Source of the DNA: Candidatus Obscuribacterales bacterium
GTDB taxonomy: Bacteria; Cyanobacteriota; Vampirovibrionia; Obscuribacterales; Obscuribacteraceae
Assembly: GCA_965228855.1 (NCBI GenBank)
Contig: CBDDIJ010000002.1
Location: forward strand, 1,920,001-1,984,000
Length of the DNA stretch: 64,000 bases
Reading direction: 5' to 3'
Shown: piece by piece, positions 39,030 through 49,882 of the stretch
How the letters are laid out: each line of letters starts with the position of its first letter
How positions within the stretch are numbered: the first letter of the stretch is position 1
Made by a program: the position numbers and the translations under genes
Notes under the pieces: model-generated
What the model was told of the DNA's origin: nothing
Seen by the model: only the letters and a program-made list of their open reading frames with translations
The model's database searches: none

Positions 39030-40328
39030 TCAGGATTTCGAGCTTGTCAGCACTCTTGTAGTTGACGGCTCCGGCGAAGTTTCAGAGGTGATCTTATCGC
39101 AGGTTTCTACCATGTTTTTCAGTTCCGAGTCTGTAACGTGCCGCCGCGTCATAAACTCTTCGTACTGTGCGAGCAGGGATTCCAAATTGTGAGTTGACTG
39201 ATATTTAGACTGTTGCCAGGCTTCATTCAATCGCTCCGTGGGTTCATGCGGGGAAACCGCCAGAGCCCTGGAAAGTTTATTCTTGAATGCATGAAAGAGA
39301 ATTTCTAACACTGCGGTGTTAGCCCTGGCACGCCTGTAGGCATGTGATAGACCGCTTATAAACTCCAGATTGGAGATTTTTCTGCGCACCTCATTGCCTC
39401 TTGCTGCGCCGAATCTCTGACTTTCGCTAATCACTCCGACGACGAGAATGAGTGCAATCTGCGCAGCGACTGCTCCTACAGGTGTATTGGCGATATACGC
39501 GAAGACATTCGTTCCACCGGAGAAGCCGTGGCCGTATTCGTCAAAATAGATGGTACCAGGGGTGGTTCTACAGAAATTGGCAAACAGTTGGAAGTTTCCC
39601 CAGAATTCTTTTTTCGCGATCGTGTTATTTGCAAGAAAACTGGGGCAGGTTCCGAAAAGCACACGCCCCTTACCAAACTTCTTAATGGTGAAGTATGCGC
39701 CCCGGTCGTCTTTGGCGATTGGAGTTCCACCGTCGACCCTGGTCGTCGATTGCAGCCTCAAAGTTTTGACGTTTTCCAGCTCCGGCACCGCACCTGAAGG
39801 AACTATGTCGACTTCCTCAGCTTTCTTTCCGGCTGGTCCTGCCGCTTTGGTTTGAATTCCTAACTTGGTAGCGACACTGTTGGATAGCTCGAACGTCATG
39901 TCGTCGGTGTAGATCAAATCGTTGCCCTCGCTGACCCAGGAGAGGATTTGTTCAGTTTGAAAAGGCTGCAGCGACTCAGTTGGAGAGATCAATACCAGTG
40001 TGCCGCGTTCCCCTTTAAGCTCACGATAGGGATGATCCCACGCCTCGACAGTCAAGCCGACGGATTTGGCCAGTTGGGCAGCCGCTTTCAGACCGGTAGC
40101 TCTCTTGTTGTGCATAGACGCCATCTGGCGGCCTTCCGGAACCACCTTTTTCCACTCTTCGTCGAATGCACTGCCGGTAAAAACGGCGAGGGTACTCACC
40201 GCTAGAAGCGCCGCGATCTGCCACCACATGCGGTTTGTCTTGCCATTGCTTGCGCTGCTAAGTTCGGCGTGGTCATCCGGTGTTGACGCCGCGATTGGAA
40301 AACTCTCCTTGTCGTTTTCCTCGCTCAT
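39030..40328 (-). CDS. DUF4350 domain membrane protein
   Basis: TM, ATGLKA, WVSEGN, YFDEYGHG, second TM plus QRFG; typical MoxR-cluster context. Start ATG 40328 coupled to the upstream stop. Confidence 0.8.
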   Translation of the reverse strand: MSEENDKESFPIAASTPDDHAELSSASNGKTNRMWWQIAALLAVSTLAVFTGSAFDEEWKKVVPEGRQMASMHNKRATGLKAAAQLAKSVGLTVEAWDHPYRELKGERGTLVLISPTESLQPFQTEQILSWVSEGNDLIYTDDMTFELSNSVATKLGIQTKAAGPAGKKAEEVDIVPSGAVPELENVKTLRLQSTTRVDGGTPIAKDDRGAYFTIKKFGKGRVLFGTCPSFLANNTIAKKEFWGNFQLFANFCRTTPGTIYFDEYGHGFSGGTNVFAYIANTPVGAVAAQIALILVVGVISESQRFGAARGNEVRRKISNLEFISGLSHAYRRARANTAVLEILFHAFKNKLSRALAVSPHEPTERLNEAWQQSKYQSTHNLESLLAQYEEFMTRRHVTDSELKNMVETCDKITSETSPEPSTTRVLTSSKS

Positions 40329-40990
40329 GGAGTGACCTCCGCTTTTTCCGCGTAGTAACGGATATCCTGGGAGAGGCTTGTGGAAAGCTGAACACAGCTG
40401 TCGTATTCTTCTTGACCTGCCTGCAAATTTCCGAACCACGATTCTTCGACGATATCGGCAAGTTTTCGGAAGCCGCTTTGTAAGTCGCTCTTGCCGTGCA
40501 AGGCGTAGAAGTATTCGTAGTTCGACCTGGTCGGTGTGAATGCCAGAATCTTCTGCTCATCCAGCGAATAAATAACGCTCAGATAGACTGCCCGGCAAGC
40601 GTCTTTGAAAAGGCGCTCACGCGCGAGTTCTTCGCTCTTTTGCATCCACCCTGCGCTATCCAAAATTTCTTCAAGTGAGAGAGCTCCGCGTTTTGCGAGT
40701 TCGGCTTGCTTGCGTAACTGTTTCATCCTGGTCGACATGAGATAGAGAACCACGCCCAGGCAGATGACGCCAACAATGACGATCAGCACTTGCATAACAT
40801 TGCCGACCGCGCTTGTATCGGCCATGCCCGGCAACGAAATCTTGAATTGTTTTAGAAAGTCCGCAACCGCTCGAAGAACGTAGCTCACAAGCTCTTGCAA
40901 ACGAATGAGAAAATCCGGCGGATCCTTATATTGGAATTCGCTCGACAGTTTTTCAAGCTGAGGTGAAACGTCCTGAAATTCCATCGTCAC
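40325..40990 (-). CDS. DUF4129 domain membrane protein
   Basis: ACRAVY, RSNYEY, WFGN motifs and cluster context. Confidence 0.8.
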   Translation of the reverse strand: MTMEFQDVSPQLEKLSSEFQYKDPPDFLIRLQELVSYVLRAVADFLKQFKISLPGMADTSAVGNVMQVLIVIVGVICLGVVLYLMSTRMKQLRKQAELAKRGALSLEEILDSAGWMQKSEELARERLFKDACRAVYLSVIYSLDEQKILAFTPTRSNYEYFYALHGKSDLQSGFRKLADIVEESWFGNLQAGQEEYDSCVQLSTSLSQDIRYYAEKAEVTP

Positions 40991-41898
40991 TCCAGAAGCG
41001 CGCGTTGTTTAAGTTTAATGGTTTCCAGAGATTCGAGCACGTCAATGCCTTCGTATCGCAGTCTTAAATCGTAATAGTAAAAGCCATAAGCGAGCAGAAG
41101 AATTGGCTGGGTGATCATTTCGATCAGCGTTTCCCAGGCGACGACCGTGACCTGCCAGTGCAGCGGTAATCCTTGAACCATGCCGGCTCCTCTAACTGCG
41201 TCCAGCGAGCCCAGGATGGAAATCGGCAACCAGAGGGGCGTGGCGAGCAGGTTGACGGTTATCGCTGCAATCAGACCACACCACATCGTGCGCCAGAAGC
41301 TTTTACTCGAGAGCGTAAACCCCCTCGACAACAGTGTTGTCACTCCACTGTCCTCGCATGCCAGAGCTACTATGGAAAGGAAAAACGCAAAGATCATAAA
41401 TGCGAATGAGACGACAAGACCCAGAAAGCCGAAGACCATCGCGAAAATCGCAGGCGCCAGGGCAATTTTCAGAAGAACAGCTGCGGCTATGATTTCGAGC
41501 AACCAGAGAACTGAAACTGCCGAGAATATTGTCAGGCAAAGGATTGCTATACCGGCTAGCGTCCATTTGCGGCGCCGCATGTATGACATGGCATCATCCA
41601 GAGTGCCGGCAAATCGGTTGGAAAAGCGAACGAACGCGAGCAGTTTTAAACATAGCCACCATTTGCCGAGCATAACGATGCCCAGTCCGGAAATCAGGAA
41701 GCCAAGCGATGGCAGGTGGCTCTGATTTTGCTGAAAAGAGAAAGCTGAGGTCTGGTAAATTACGCGTCCCACCAGAACCGTGATCGTCGGCAAGAGAAGG
41801 AGCGGCGCCCACTGTCTGATGCTGGCTCGATAAACGCGCACAGCTCGACCTACAAGGTCGCCAATTGTCTGCGGATTTAAATTCTGTTCGTCAGGCAA
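40987..41898 (-). CDS. Integral membrane protein of the MoxR/DUF58 cluster
   Basis: About 6 TM helices; IGDLVGRA start and YYDLRLRYEG end. Start uncertain (TTG 41898 or GTG 41967). Confidence 0.8.
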   Translation of the reverse strand: MPDEQNLNPQTIGDLVGRAVRVYRASIRQWAPLLLLPTITVLVGRVIYQTSAFSFQQNQSHLPSLGFLISGLGIVMLGKWWLCLKLLAFVRFSNRFAGTLDDAMSYMRRRKWTLAGIAILCLTIFSAVSVLWLLEIIAAAVLLKIALAPAIFAMVFGFLGLVVSFAFMIFAFFLSIVALACEDSGVTTLLSRGFTLSSKSFWRTMWCGLIAAITVNLLATPLWLPISILGSLDAVRGAGMVQGLPLHWQVTVVAWETLIEMITQPILLLAYGFYYYDLRLRYEGIDVLESLETIKLKQRALLE

Positions 41899-42157
41899 GG
41901 CTTCTTCTCCGATGCCAATTTTAGCGCTTTCACGCCCAAATGAACCGGATCGTGCGACTCGGTGCACGCGCTGCTGAGCCTTGGCGGAAGAATCTGCTGA
42001 GCGCTGACCGGTAATTTCCGTTAGTCTGATATTGTCAAAGGGCGCGGTTCCGAAAGCTCGCGGTGCTCAGCATCTTGACTTGTTTTGATAACGAAACTTG
42101 CTCTCTTGTTATTGGGGATAGCCGCATTGGTATGAAAATGAGAGATACTAAAGGCTA

Positions 42158-44974
42158 TTGTTTATAGGCGTTGATCATTTGACAAGTTCTGCAGACTTTG
42201 GAGAATTTCCCTACAGGCCCAGTCCGCTGGTGCAAAAACTGTTCGGTGTTCGGGATCTGAAACGGATTCTTGAAACGACCGTTCGGGAGCTCGGCGATAC
42301 GTTCAATGCCGATGCTTGTCAGGTGATGCTGTCCAATCCGCTGGACCCGAATGTCACCTCCATTTGCGAGTTTCGTGCCTCGCCTGATTCAACCGATAGC
42401 GAAGCCTGTGTGACGGTTCCGCTTGTTCTGCAAGGACGCACTTTTGGCTCCGTGAGCGTCAGTCGCGACACGCAGTTGACGCCTGATGAGCTCAACGCCC
42501 TGCGCGTTCTTCTGGGCGAACTCGGAGATATCATTCGCCTTGCCCAGATCAATGACATCGTCCAACGCGACACTTTCCGAGAAACCTTCCTCGTCGAAAT
42601 CGGCAACGTCATGGCCTATTCGATGGGTATTGGCGATGCGCTTTTCCTCGTGGTCAACATTCTGGGAAAGGCTCTGCAAGCCAGCCGTTGTCTGTTTATC
42701 TGCACTGACGAACAACAGGCGGGATGGAAGTGTTATGAGTTTTGGCAGCAGGACAAGGTTGCCAGCTGCCAGGAATATTACTGGCCTGCTACGGATTCAC
42801 CGCTGGTCGCTCAAGTGTTGCTTTCACGCACGCCGCTCAAAGTATTCGAAGGGCGCATGAATTCATACGTCTCTCCCGTTCAGGAAGAGCTGCAGTTCAT
42901 CAACGTTAAGTCATTGCTCGGTGTGCCGCTTCGCAGCGAAAAAGGCACACACGGTTGCGTGATTCTTCAACAATGCGACTACCGGCGAGCCTGGACGCGC
43001 AGCGAAACCGACATGGTGCAGAATGTCGCAGATAAAGTCGCAGAAGCGCTTCTCAAGCTGCCTGCGGAAAAGCTCGCGCGCGAGCCGATCATGCAGTTGC
43101 ATCAACGCATCGTCACTGCTAATCCTCAAGACCAGGGACAGTCGGACGTACAATTGCGTCGTGCCCTTAAGGGCGCTCTCGGACAGCAAGCGATTCCTTC
43201 GGCTCGGAAAACCTCGCAACAACAGATTCCAGCCGCCGCGCAGACACCGCCACCACCTTCTCCTCCACCACCACCTCCTCCTCCGACACCGCCACCTCCT
43301 GCAGTGACGATGCCAGATCCAATGGTCGCGAGTGTGGAAGGCGGCGTACCCATGGGCTTTGCTCCTGCAGAGCCAGTTCCGCCTCCGATGCAGCCTCAAC
43401 CTGCTATGCCGCAACCACCGGAGATGCAGCCACCAGCCCTGCAACCAGCCGCTGAAGCTCAAGCTCCGGCACAAGCTGCTGAAACCGCCAGTGGCGTCTG
43501 GGCGTCCCCGGCTGTCGCAATCGACTATACTCAATCACCCGAAATTCCAACTCCTCAAGCTCCCTCCGGCTCTCTCGATGTGACTGCGACCATGCCGGTT
43601 ACACCGCTTGAGAGTCTCGCACCCACTCCGGACGCCGGGCCGTCGCCGACTATCAAGCCCATAACGCGCACCGGACGCACTGACACCGCGCTGCAAAAGC
43701 CATCGGAAGATATGTTGTCTTCCGGGCGGCAGCAGAGAATGTCTGTGGAAATTGATCTCGGCGCTGCGCCTCCGAAAGCAGAAGATCCATACGCAGATCT
43801 CGATTTTGGAGACGAACCGCCAGCACCGCCTGCGGTGCCTGCTGAACCGACGGGGCCTTCCGTATCTCCGCTCGCGGACGCCATTGTGGCCCAGGCTATG
43901 CCGGTAGAGCCGGTCATGCCGCCGCCGGTAGCTCCGGCAGAAGCGCCGCTCGCCGCAGCGGTCGCCGAATCGACTACAGTTCCCTCCGGCACTGCTGAGC
44001 CAGTGGCCGAGGCGGGTGGCTGGGGTAATCTCGACGCCATCCCGACTCCCAAGAGCGGTGGTGCTGCCACTACATCTGGTGTCGCTCCCTCGTGGGGTAA
44101 TCTTGATGATATTCCTACACCGTCATCAGCTGGCGGCGGCGGTCTGGGCGGTGGTCTAAAAGGTTCAATGATGAGCAAGGCGAAAGCGACAAGTGCCGCC
44201 AGCCCGCTCATGTCATCTTTCAAGAAGTCTCGCGGAACTGAAGCGGTCAATTCGCCTCCTTCCGAAGCGGCAGCGGCTCCTGCTGCTCCTGCTCCTCCAA
44301 TCGACGAAGCGGCAGCTAAGAAGAAACTCGATCAAATAATGTCGAGTTCTACAAACGAGACATCTGATTACATCTTCCAAACACCCGGTCTCGATGCACG
44401 ATTGCTCGGTCGCATCGACGGTTGGGTTGCACAGATTGAACAAAAGGATCGGTATAAAAACGGTCACGCTCGCCAGGTTGCCCAATACGCTGTCGCTATT
44501 GCCGAAGAACTGGGTATGAAACCGCCTGAGGTCGCAACCATTCGCCAATCCGCTCTGGTGCACGATCTCGGAAAGCTCGGCATTCACCAGCAAATATTGC
44601 AAAAGGCCGATGACTCACTCGAAGACGAACAATTCGTTTTAAAAATGGGGCACGCAGTTGCCGGTGCCCAGCTGCTCGAATCGTTTCCGGATTTGAAACA
44701 CCTTGCACCAATCGTCATGGCGCACCACGAAGAATACGACGGCGAGGGCTTCCCGCAGGGTCTGAAGGGCGACGAAATTCCTGTCGCCGCGCGGATCGTA
44801 TGCGTAGCCAACAGCTATCATGAACTCGTTGCCGACAAGGTTTACGGAGCCGGAATGAATCCAACCGAAGCACAACAGCAAATGGTGGAAGGCGCCGGCA
44901 GCCAGTTTGATCCGACTCTTGTCGAAGCGCTCATTCAGGCAATTCAATCCGGCAAAGTCCCGCCGACTTGCTAA
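42158..44974 (+). CDS. GAF-GAF protein with Pro-rich linker and HD-GYP domain
   Basis: Two GAF-like regions, a long Pro/Ala-rich linker, then GHARQV, VHDLGK, HHEEYDGEGFP, QFDP. Confidence 0.88.
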   Translation: MFIGVDHLTSSADFGEFPYRPSPLVQKLFGVRDLKRILETTVRELGDTFNADACQVMLSNPLDPNVTSICEFRASPDSTDSEACVTVPLVLQGRTFGSVSVSRDTQLTPDELNALRVLLGELGDIIRLAQINDIVQRDTFRETFLVEIGNVMAYSMGIGDALFLVVNILGKALQASRCLFICTDEQQAGWKCYEFWQQDKVASCQEYYWPATDSPLVAQVLLSRTPLKVFEGRMNSYVSPVQEELQFINVKSLLGVPLRSEKGTHGCVILQQCDYRRAWTRSETDMVQNVADKVAEALLKLPAEKLAREPIMQLHQRIVTANPQDQGQSDVQLRRALKGALGQQAIPSARKTSQQQIPAAAQTPPPPSPPPPPPPPTPPPPAVTMPDPMVASVEGGVPMGFAPAEPVPPPMQPQPAMPQPPEMQPPALQPAAEAQAPAQAAETASGVWASPAVAIDYTQSPEIPTPQAPSGSLDVTATMPVTPLESLAPTPDAGPSPTIKPITRTGRTDTALQKPSEDMLSSGRQQRMSVEIDLGAAPPKAEDPYADLDFGDEPPAPPAVPAEPTGPSVSPLADAIVAQAMPVEPVMPPPVAPAEAPLAAAVAESTTVPSGTAEPVAEAGGWGNLDAIPTPKSGGAATTSGVAPSWGNLDDIPTPSSAGGGGLGGGLKGSMMSKAKATSAASPLMSSFKKSRGTEAVNSPPSEAAAAPAAPAPPIDEAAAKKKLDQIMSSSTNETSDYIFQTPGLDARLLGRIDGWVAQIEQKDRYKNGHARQVAQYAVAIAEELGMKPPEVATIRQSALVHDLGKLGIHQQILQKADDSLEDEQFVLKMGHAVAGAQLLESFPDLKHLAPIVMAHHEEYDGEGFPQGLKGDEIPVAARIVCVANSYHELVADKVYGAGMNPTEAQQQMVEGAGSQFDPTLVEALIQAIQSGKVPPTC

Positions 44975-45055
44975 GAATCTCGTTTCAATCATCAAAAGCA
45001 GGTAGAAGCCTGCATGAACGATTGCATTGACTCTATATATGGAAGGGCGCCCGGC

Positions 45056-45087
45056 AAAAAAATAGGCGACTCTTTCGAGCCGCCCAT
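45056..45087 (-). terminator. Intrinsic terminator of rpsA
   Basis: Minus strand GGCGGCTC-GAAA-GAGTCGCC-TATTTTTTT just after the rpsA stop. Confidence 0.75.
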
Positions 45088-45115
45088 TCTAAGTTTCTAT
45101 CTTTCGAAACTGGCT

Positions 45116-46270
45116 TTAGCCGCCAGATCCGAGCAAGTCGCTTACATCCATGCCTTTGAGGCTCAAGCTGATCTTGTGTTCTTTTGGCGAGAACTTCTTG
45201 ATCAGAGCTTTCACTTCTTGTCCGACTTGGACAACTTCTTCGGGCTTGACGTTGGGCTGTTCGCTCATTTCTACGGTCGGGAGCAGTGCATCGACACCCG
45301 GATAGATTTGAACGAATGCGCCGAACGATTGGATCTTTCTGACAGTACCGGTGATGACTTGTCCTTCTTCGAACTTGTCTTCAATTTCTTGCCACGGATC
45401 AGGCTGCATCTGCTTGAGTGACAAGCTGATGTGGCCCTTGTCCTGGTCGACTTTGAGAACCTTGGTGGTGACGATCTGTCCAACCTTCAAAACATCGCTC
45501 GGGTGCGAGACGCGCTCCCACGAGATTTCGGAGATCGGCAGCAAGCCGTCGAGTCCGCCGAGATCGATGAAGGCACCGAAGTCCGCGATACGGACAACTT
45601 CGCCGGATACGATCTGACCAGCTTCGAGTGTGTTCAAAATCTTCTCGCGTTGAGCAGCTTTCTCTTCTTGGACTGCCAGTCTTTGCGAGAGGATCAGTTT
45701 GTTGCGCTTGGTGTCGGTTTCCAAAATCTTCATCGGAATTTCCATACCGATCAATTCTTCCGGAGTCGTTCCCTTGACGCGCAATTGGCTTGCCGGAACG
45801 AATCCGCGCAATCCATATACGTCTACAACTACGCCGCCTTTGACGACAGCGGAAATTTTGGCGCGAATGGTTTCGTCGTTTTTCTTCTGGTCTTCGAGCT
45901 TGACCCAGCCGCGAGCTTGAGCAACGCGCTTGAGTGAAAGGGTCAGCTGACCATATTCGTTTTCTTCACGGAGAATGTAAAACTCGTATCTATCGCCGAC
46001 TTTGACGACATCTTCGATTTGATCCATCGGCATGTTGGATACTTCTTTTAAAGGCACGAAGCCTTCGGATTTAGCACCTACGTCTACCAGAACCCCATCG
46101 CGCTCGATGCGAACGATATCACCTGTGACGATGTCTCCCTGCTCATATCTGAATTGCAGAGTCTCTTCAAGAAGTTTTTCGAACTCTTCTCTGAGAGGGT
46201 TTTGCTCTACTTTGTTTTCCGACACTGAGTTTGTTTCTCCTTTGACCTTTGTTTGTGGCATTTTTGACAC
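45116..46270 (-). CDS. rpsA: 30S ribosomal protein S1 (four S1 domains)
   Basis: VDVGAKSEGFVP, GLRGFVPASQ, FGAFIDLGG..GLL, HPSDVLKVG; GTG start after GAGG. Confidence 0.93.
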   Translation of the reverse strand: MSKMPQTKVKGETNSVSENKVEQNPLREEFEKLLEETLQFRYEQGDIVTGDIVRIERDGVLVDVGAKSEGFVPLKEVSNMPMDQIEDVVKVGDRYEFYILREENEYGQLTLSLKRVAQARGWVKLEDQKKNDETIRAKISAVVKGGVVVDVYGLRGFVPASQLRVKGTTPEELIGMEIPMKILETDTKRNKLILSQRLAVQEEKAAQREKILNTLEAGQIVSGEVVRIADFGAFIDLGGLDGLLPISEISWERVSHPSDVLKVGQIVTTKVLKVDQDKGHISLSLKQMQPDPWQEIEDKFEEGQVITGTVRKIQSFGAFVQIYPGVDALLPTVEMSEQPNVKPEEVVQVGQEVKALIKKFSPKEHKISLSLKGMDVSDLLGSGG

Positions 46271-46892
46271 GATCCTCTGGACACTGTATTCCCGCTGCCT
46301 ACGCGCTCATGAAGACGCTTGCAGCTTCGTTTGCCGCCGACTCAAAGTCATCCGGGGACAACGAGAAGTCGCGATGGGTCCAAAAGATCCACCATCCACG
46401 GCGAAAGAACTAATATAGAGTAAGTGCTGATGGGACTTCAAGAGCTCTCCTAAAGTATTTTGCGAACCTTTGCTGTTCACAAAACGCGGGACCATCCTCT
46501 TGCTTCGCGACGCCCACACCGGCTTGCTTGCGGTTCATTAACTACAGTCTAGCTCCTTTGTATATAAAGGTGTGTATATTCTTATCTTGCGCGAGATATA
46601 GAGGCGCTCGCTCTTGGCTATTTGCTCCGGCATGCTCTCATGCGGCTCTCCGTCGATCGACAAGCGTTAAGCACTTGCTTATCAATTTTGAAGCCGGCTA
46701 TATGTCTTGGTTGCACAAAAGATCTCGAATGGGTGCGAACGAAGGCGCGTTTGTATAACCGCGCCTTGTGAGGTTTTTCATAATGGTCCGGATCGTATCT
46801 TTTTGATTCATAATTTCTGTAATCGCCTGTTCATGGGTTTTCTGAAACACCTGTTTTCGAACTACTATTTCCTACCGTACTGAGGCATCGAC

Positions 46893-47483
46893 ATGAAAGT
46901 TAGAAATCTAGCTGCAACACTCGCGTTGGCATTTGCTTTGCCAATCGCTTTCCAAAGTTCATCCATGGCACAGGAATCGCTTGTGCCGGGAACCGACACA
47001 CAAGCCAATATCGATTCGGCAAAGGACCGCCTCGATAAAGCGAAGGTGAGACTCGATATCGCCAACAAGCAAGTAGAGGCTGCTAAAGCCAGACTCAAGG
47101 CTGCTGACGCAGAATTCAAAGCTGCCAAGGCTAACCTTGATTCAAGAAACCTCGAGCATCACGCCAAGAAGCTATCTGACGCGTCGGGACTTCCTGAGAT
47201 CACGGAAGGTCAAATCGAGCGGGGCAGAACCAAAGCTATAGCCGAGAAGGTCGTTGAGCCGGCTAAGACTGAAACCGCTCCAGCCGCTCCTGTTGATCTG
47301 TCGAATACCCGTCTCGACTTCAATGCTCAACCTGACAATGCACAACCCGTTCCAGGCGCAGCACCTGCTGTTGAGCCTCAATCGGAAGCTCCCAGTCAGG
47401 ACAAAGAAGCCTCAGCTCAGCCGGTATACACCATGGCACCGACCCAGGTAGCCGCGACCGAGCAACCCGCTATCGTTCCCTAA
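46893..47483 (+). CDS. Secreted hypothetical protein with coiled coil
   Basis: GAGG RBS, signal peptide (..SSSMA), Ala/Lys heptads, Pro-rich tail. Confidence 0.75.
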   Translation: MKVRNLAATLALAFALPIAFQSSSMAQESLVPGTDTQANIDSAKDRLDKAKVRLDIANKQVEAAKARLKAADAEFKAAKANLDSRNLEHHAKKLSDASGLPEITEGQIERGRTKAIAEKVVEPAKTETAPAAPVDLSNTRLDFNAQPDNAQPVPGAAPAVEPQSEAPSQDKEASAQPVYTMAPTQVAATEQPAIVP

Positions 47484-47505
47484 GCCGGGATAGAGATTGA
47501 AAAGC

Positions 47506-47538
47506 AAAACGCCTGCCGTCAATGACGCAGGCGTTTTT
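47506..47538. terminator. Bidirectional intrinsic terminator
   Basis: AAAACGCCTGC-cGTCaatGAC-GCAGGCGTTTTT between convergent genes. Confidence 0.8.
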
Positions 47539-47580
47539 ATTATTCAGTTTTGAAGAAGCCCAATCTCAGTGGTTTGAAAA

Positions 47581-48321
47581 CTAGGCGTTTTTCAGCTTTT
47601 CCATGGCTGCTTTGGCTGCTTCTTGTTCCGCTTCCTTCTTAGTGGCACCAGATCCGGTGGCGATTGCTTCTCCGGATATGCTTACGGCAATGGAGAAGAC
47701 CGGAGAGTGTGCCGGACCTTCGGTGCTGAGCACCGTGTATGCGGGCAGACCTTGTGCTCGAGCTTGAGTGTACTCTTGAAGCTGTGCTTTGAAATTTTGC
47801 TTGCATTCATCGCGATCAATTTCTGTTGCATGTGCGCCGAACAATCTCACGATGACGTTCTGCACATGGAACAATCCCTGATCTTGATAGATGGCGCCGA
47901 GAATGGCTTCCATTGCGTGTGCCATGATCGACGGTTTCATCTGGACCTGGCGTCCCAGAAGGATATAACGATCGAGACCTATCGTTCTCGCGATTTCCGC
48001 GAGCACCTTATCACTGACCAGAACAGCACGGATTTCCGTAAGTTGCCCTTCGTTGTAGTCAGGAAAGCGGTCTATCAGATATTCACTTACGACGAACTTG
48101 AGAACAGCATCGCCAAAAAATTCGAGCCGTTCGTAATCATTAGAGCCAGGGTGCTCTGAACTATATGATCCGTGCGTTAAAGCCTCATTGATTAAGACCA
48201 TGCGACCGCAGCTGACATGAAGCTTGCCCAAAAGCTCATCCAGCTCTTTCAAACGACGCGGACTCAGACTTTGCGTTTGGCTGGCTTCACCAGGCAAAAC
48301 GCATGTTGCTACCGTTGACAA
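47581..48321 (-). CDS. rnc: Ribonuclease III
   Basis: ALTHGS, YERLEFFGDAVL, EAILGAIY, and a dsRBD (KAQLQE...KKEAEQEAA). Start uncertain. Confidence 0.93.
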   Translation of the reverse strand: MSTVATCVLPGEASQTQSLSPRRLKELDELLGKLHVSCGRMVLINEALTHGSYSSEHPGSNDYERLEFFGDAVLKFVVSEYLIDRFPDYNEGQLTEIRAVLVSDKVLAEIARTIGLDRYILLGRQVQMKPSIMAHAMEAILGAIYQDQGLFHVQNVIVRLFGAHATEIDRDECKQNFKAQLQEYTQARAQGLPAYTVLSTEGPAHSPVFSIAVSISGEAIATGSGATKKEAEQEAAKAAMEKLKNA

Positions 48322-48780
48322 AGAAATACCGTTCTTCAATTTTGAATTCCCACTTGGACACCTATCTAACTTGTAATGTACGACCGCTTTGATCTCTTTG
48401 CACCCCTTTGTAAAACAATATTTCTCTAGCATTCACGATAAAAAATGTGTACCTGAAAGGGGCTTAAAAACTAAATTTCGGTAATCTTGCCTGGTCATTT
48501 TCTGGAGTAACAAAAAGACGGTTTTCATATAAGGCGGTTTCGCGCTCCAAATCTCAAGCAAGACTTGCAAACTCAAGTAATAAAGAGCTTGCAAGGAAGG
48601 CGATCCTTACGTCGCTATCATTTAGTCCCTGTGCCCGTTTGAAGCAATCCTGTTATCCTTAGCACTTGATTCTGAACAGTCCAACCTCTTGATAATGCGC
48701 TCCGGCTGCGTTTCCAAGCAAAGAATCTAGTTACAATGATCCCGTGTAGGGACGGCTTTGAATGGTGTTCTAGGAAATCT

Positions 48781-49179
48781 ATGTACGAGCTACAGCTGAC
48801 TCAAATAATCATTTTCGTACTCGCGGGATTCGCGCTACCGGCTCTGGGGATGATTCTCCTCGCCTGGGTGCTGCAGAATGTGTTGGGTTATCACCAACCG
48901 AACGCGATGAAGAATCAACCTTACGAATGCGGCATGAAGCCTTTGCAAGAAGCGATCGTGCAATTCGACATTCGTTATTACTTGTACGCGCTCCTATTTA
49001 TACTGTTCGACATCGAAGTCATTTTTATTATTCCGTGGGCACTGGCGACTGATAACCTGCCCAACATAATCACTGGAGACTCGCTCTGGCTCGGGCCAAT
49101 CGAGATGGCCGTTTTCCTCGTCATCCTCGCTTTCGGGCTTGCCTACGCCTGGAAGAAGGGCGCGCTTGAGTGGGAGTAA
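48781..49179 (+). CDS. nuoA: NADH-quinone oxidoreductase subunit A (NdhC)
   Basis: PYECG, IRYYLYALLFILFDIE, YAWKKGALEW. Confidence 0.95.
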   Translation: MYELQLTQIIIFVLAGFALPALGMILLAWVLQNVLGYHQPNAMKNQPYECGMKPLQEAIVQFDIRYYLYALLFILFDIEVIFIIPWALATDNLPNIITGDSLWLGPIEMAVFLVILAFGLAYAWKKGALEWE

Positions 49180-49185
49180 AGCATC

Positions 49186-49854
49186 ATGTCCGAAGATAAA
49201 CCAACCACAGCATCATTTGCTCTTCCGGTCCCGGAAGAACTGCGCGATACAGTCACTCTGACCAACATCGACGCAATCACACAGGCTCTGTCTGACATCA
49301 TTTCACCAATTGCCAACCTGGCTCGTTCGAACTCCGTATGGCCGCTGACCTTCGGTACGTCATGCTGCGCGATCGAGATGATGTCGGTCGGTATGTCGAA
49401 GTACGATATCTCGCGTTTTGGCTCTGAAGTATTCCGCGCTACACCGCGTCAAGCCGACATGATCATCACGGCTGGAACCGTGACCAGAAAGATGGCTCCC
49501 GCTCTTATTACTCTGTACGAGCAGCTCCCGGAGCCGAAGTACGTTATCGCAATGGGCGCCTGCACTGTCACTGGTGGCATGTTTAACGACTCCTACTCTG
49601 TTGTGCAGGGTGTCGACCGTATCATTCCGGTCGATGTTTATCTGCCCGGCTGTCCTCCGCGTCCGGAAGCGCTTCTTGATGCTCTGATTAAACTGCAGCA
49701 TAAGATTCGCACCGAGAATTATGCGGATAGAAAGAAACGCATGTACCAGCAACGCGCGATCCGCTATGTCGACTACGACACCGGATTGCCAATGGAAGAT
49801 TTGGTCGACGAGGTTCGTGAAGATACCGCGTTAGCCCTCGGAAAAGCAGACTAG
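49186..49854 (+). CDS. nuoB: NADH-quinone oxidoreductase subunit B (NdhK)
   Basis: [26 protein letters not shown]. Confidence 0.96.
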   Translation: MSEDKPTTASFALPVPEELRDTVTLTNIDAITQALSDIISPIANLARSNSVWPLTFGTSCCAIEMMSVGMSKYDISRFGSEVFRATPRQADMIITAGTVTRKMAPALITLYEQLPEPKYVIAMGACTVTGGMFNDSYSVVQGVDRIIPVDVYLPGCPPRPEALLDALIKLQHKIRTENYADRKKRMYQQRAIRYVDYDTGLPMEDLVDEVREDTALALGKAD

Positions 49855-49882
49855 TAGATACGTTACGTAGAATCGCAAAACA

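Noticed and set aside
36704..41967. MoxR/DUF58/DUF4350/DUF4129 cluster as a novel system
   Set aside because: A widespread known gene cluster; nothing special visible here.
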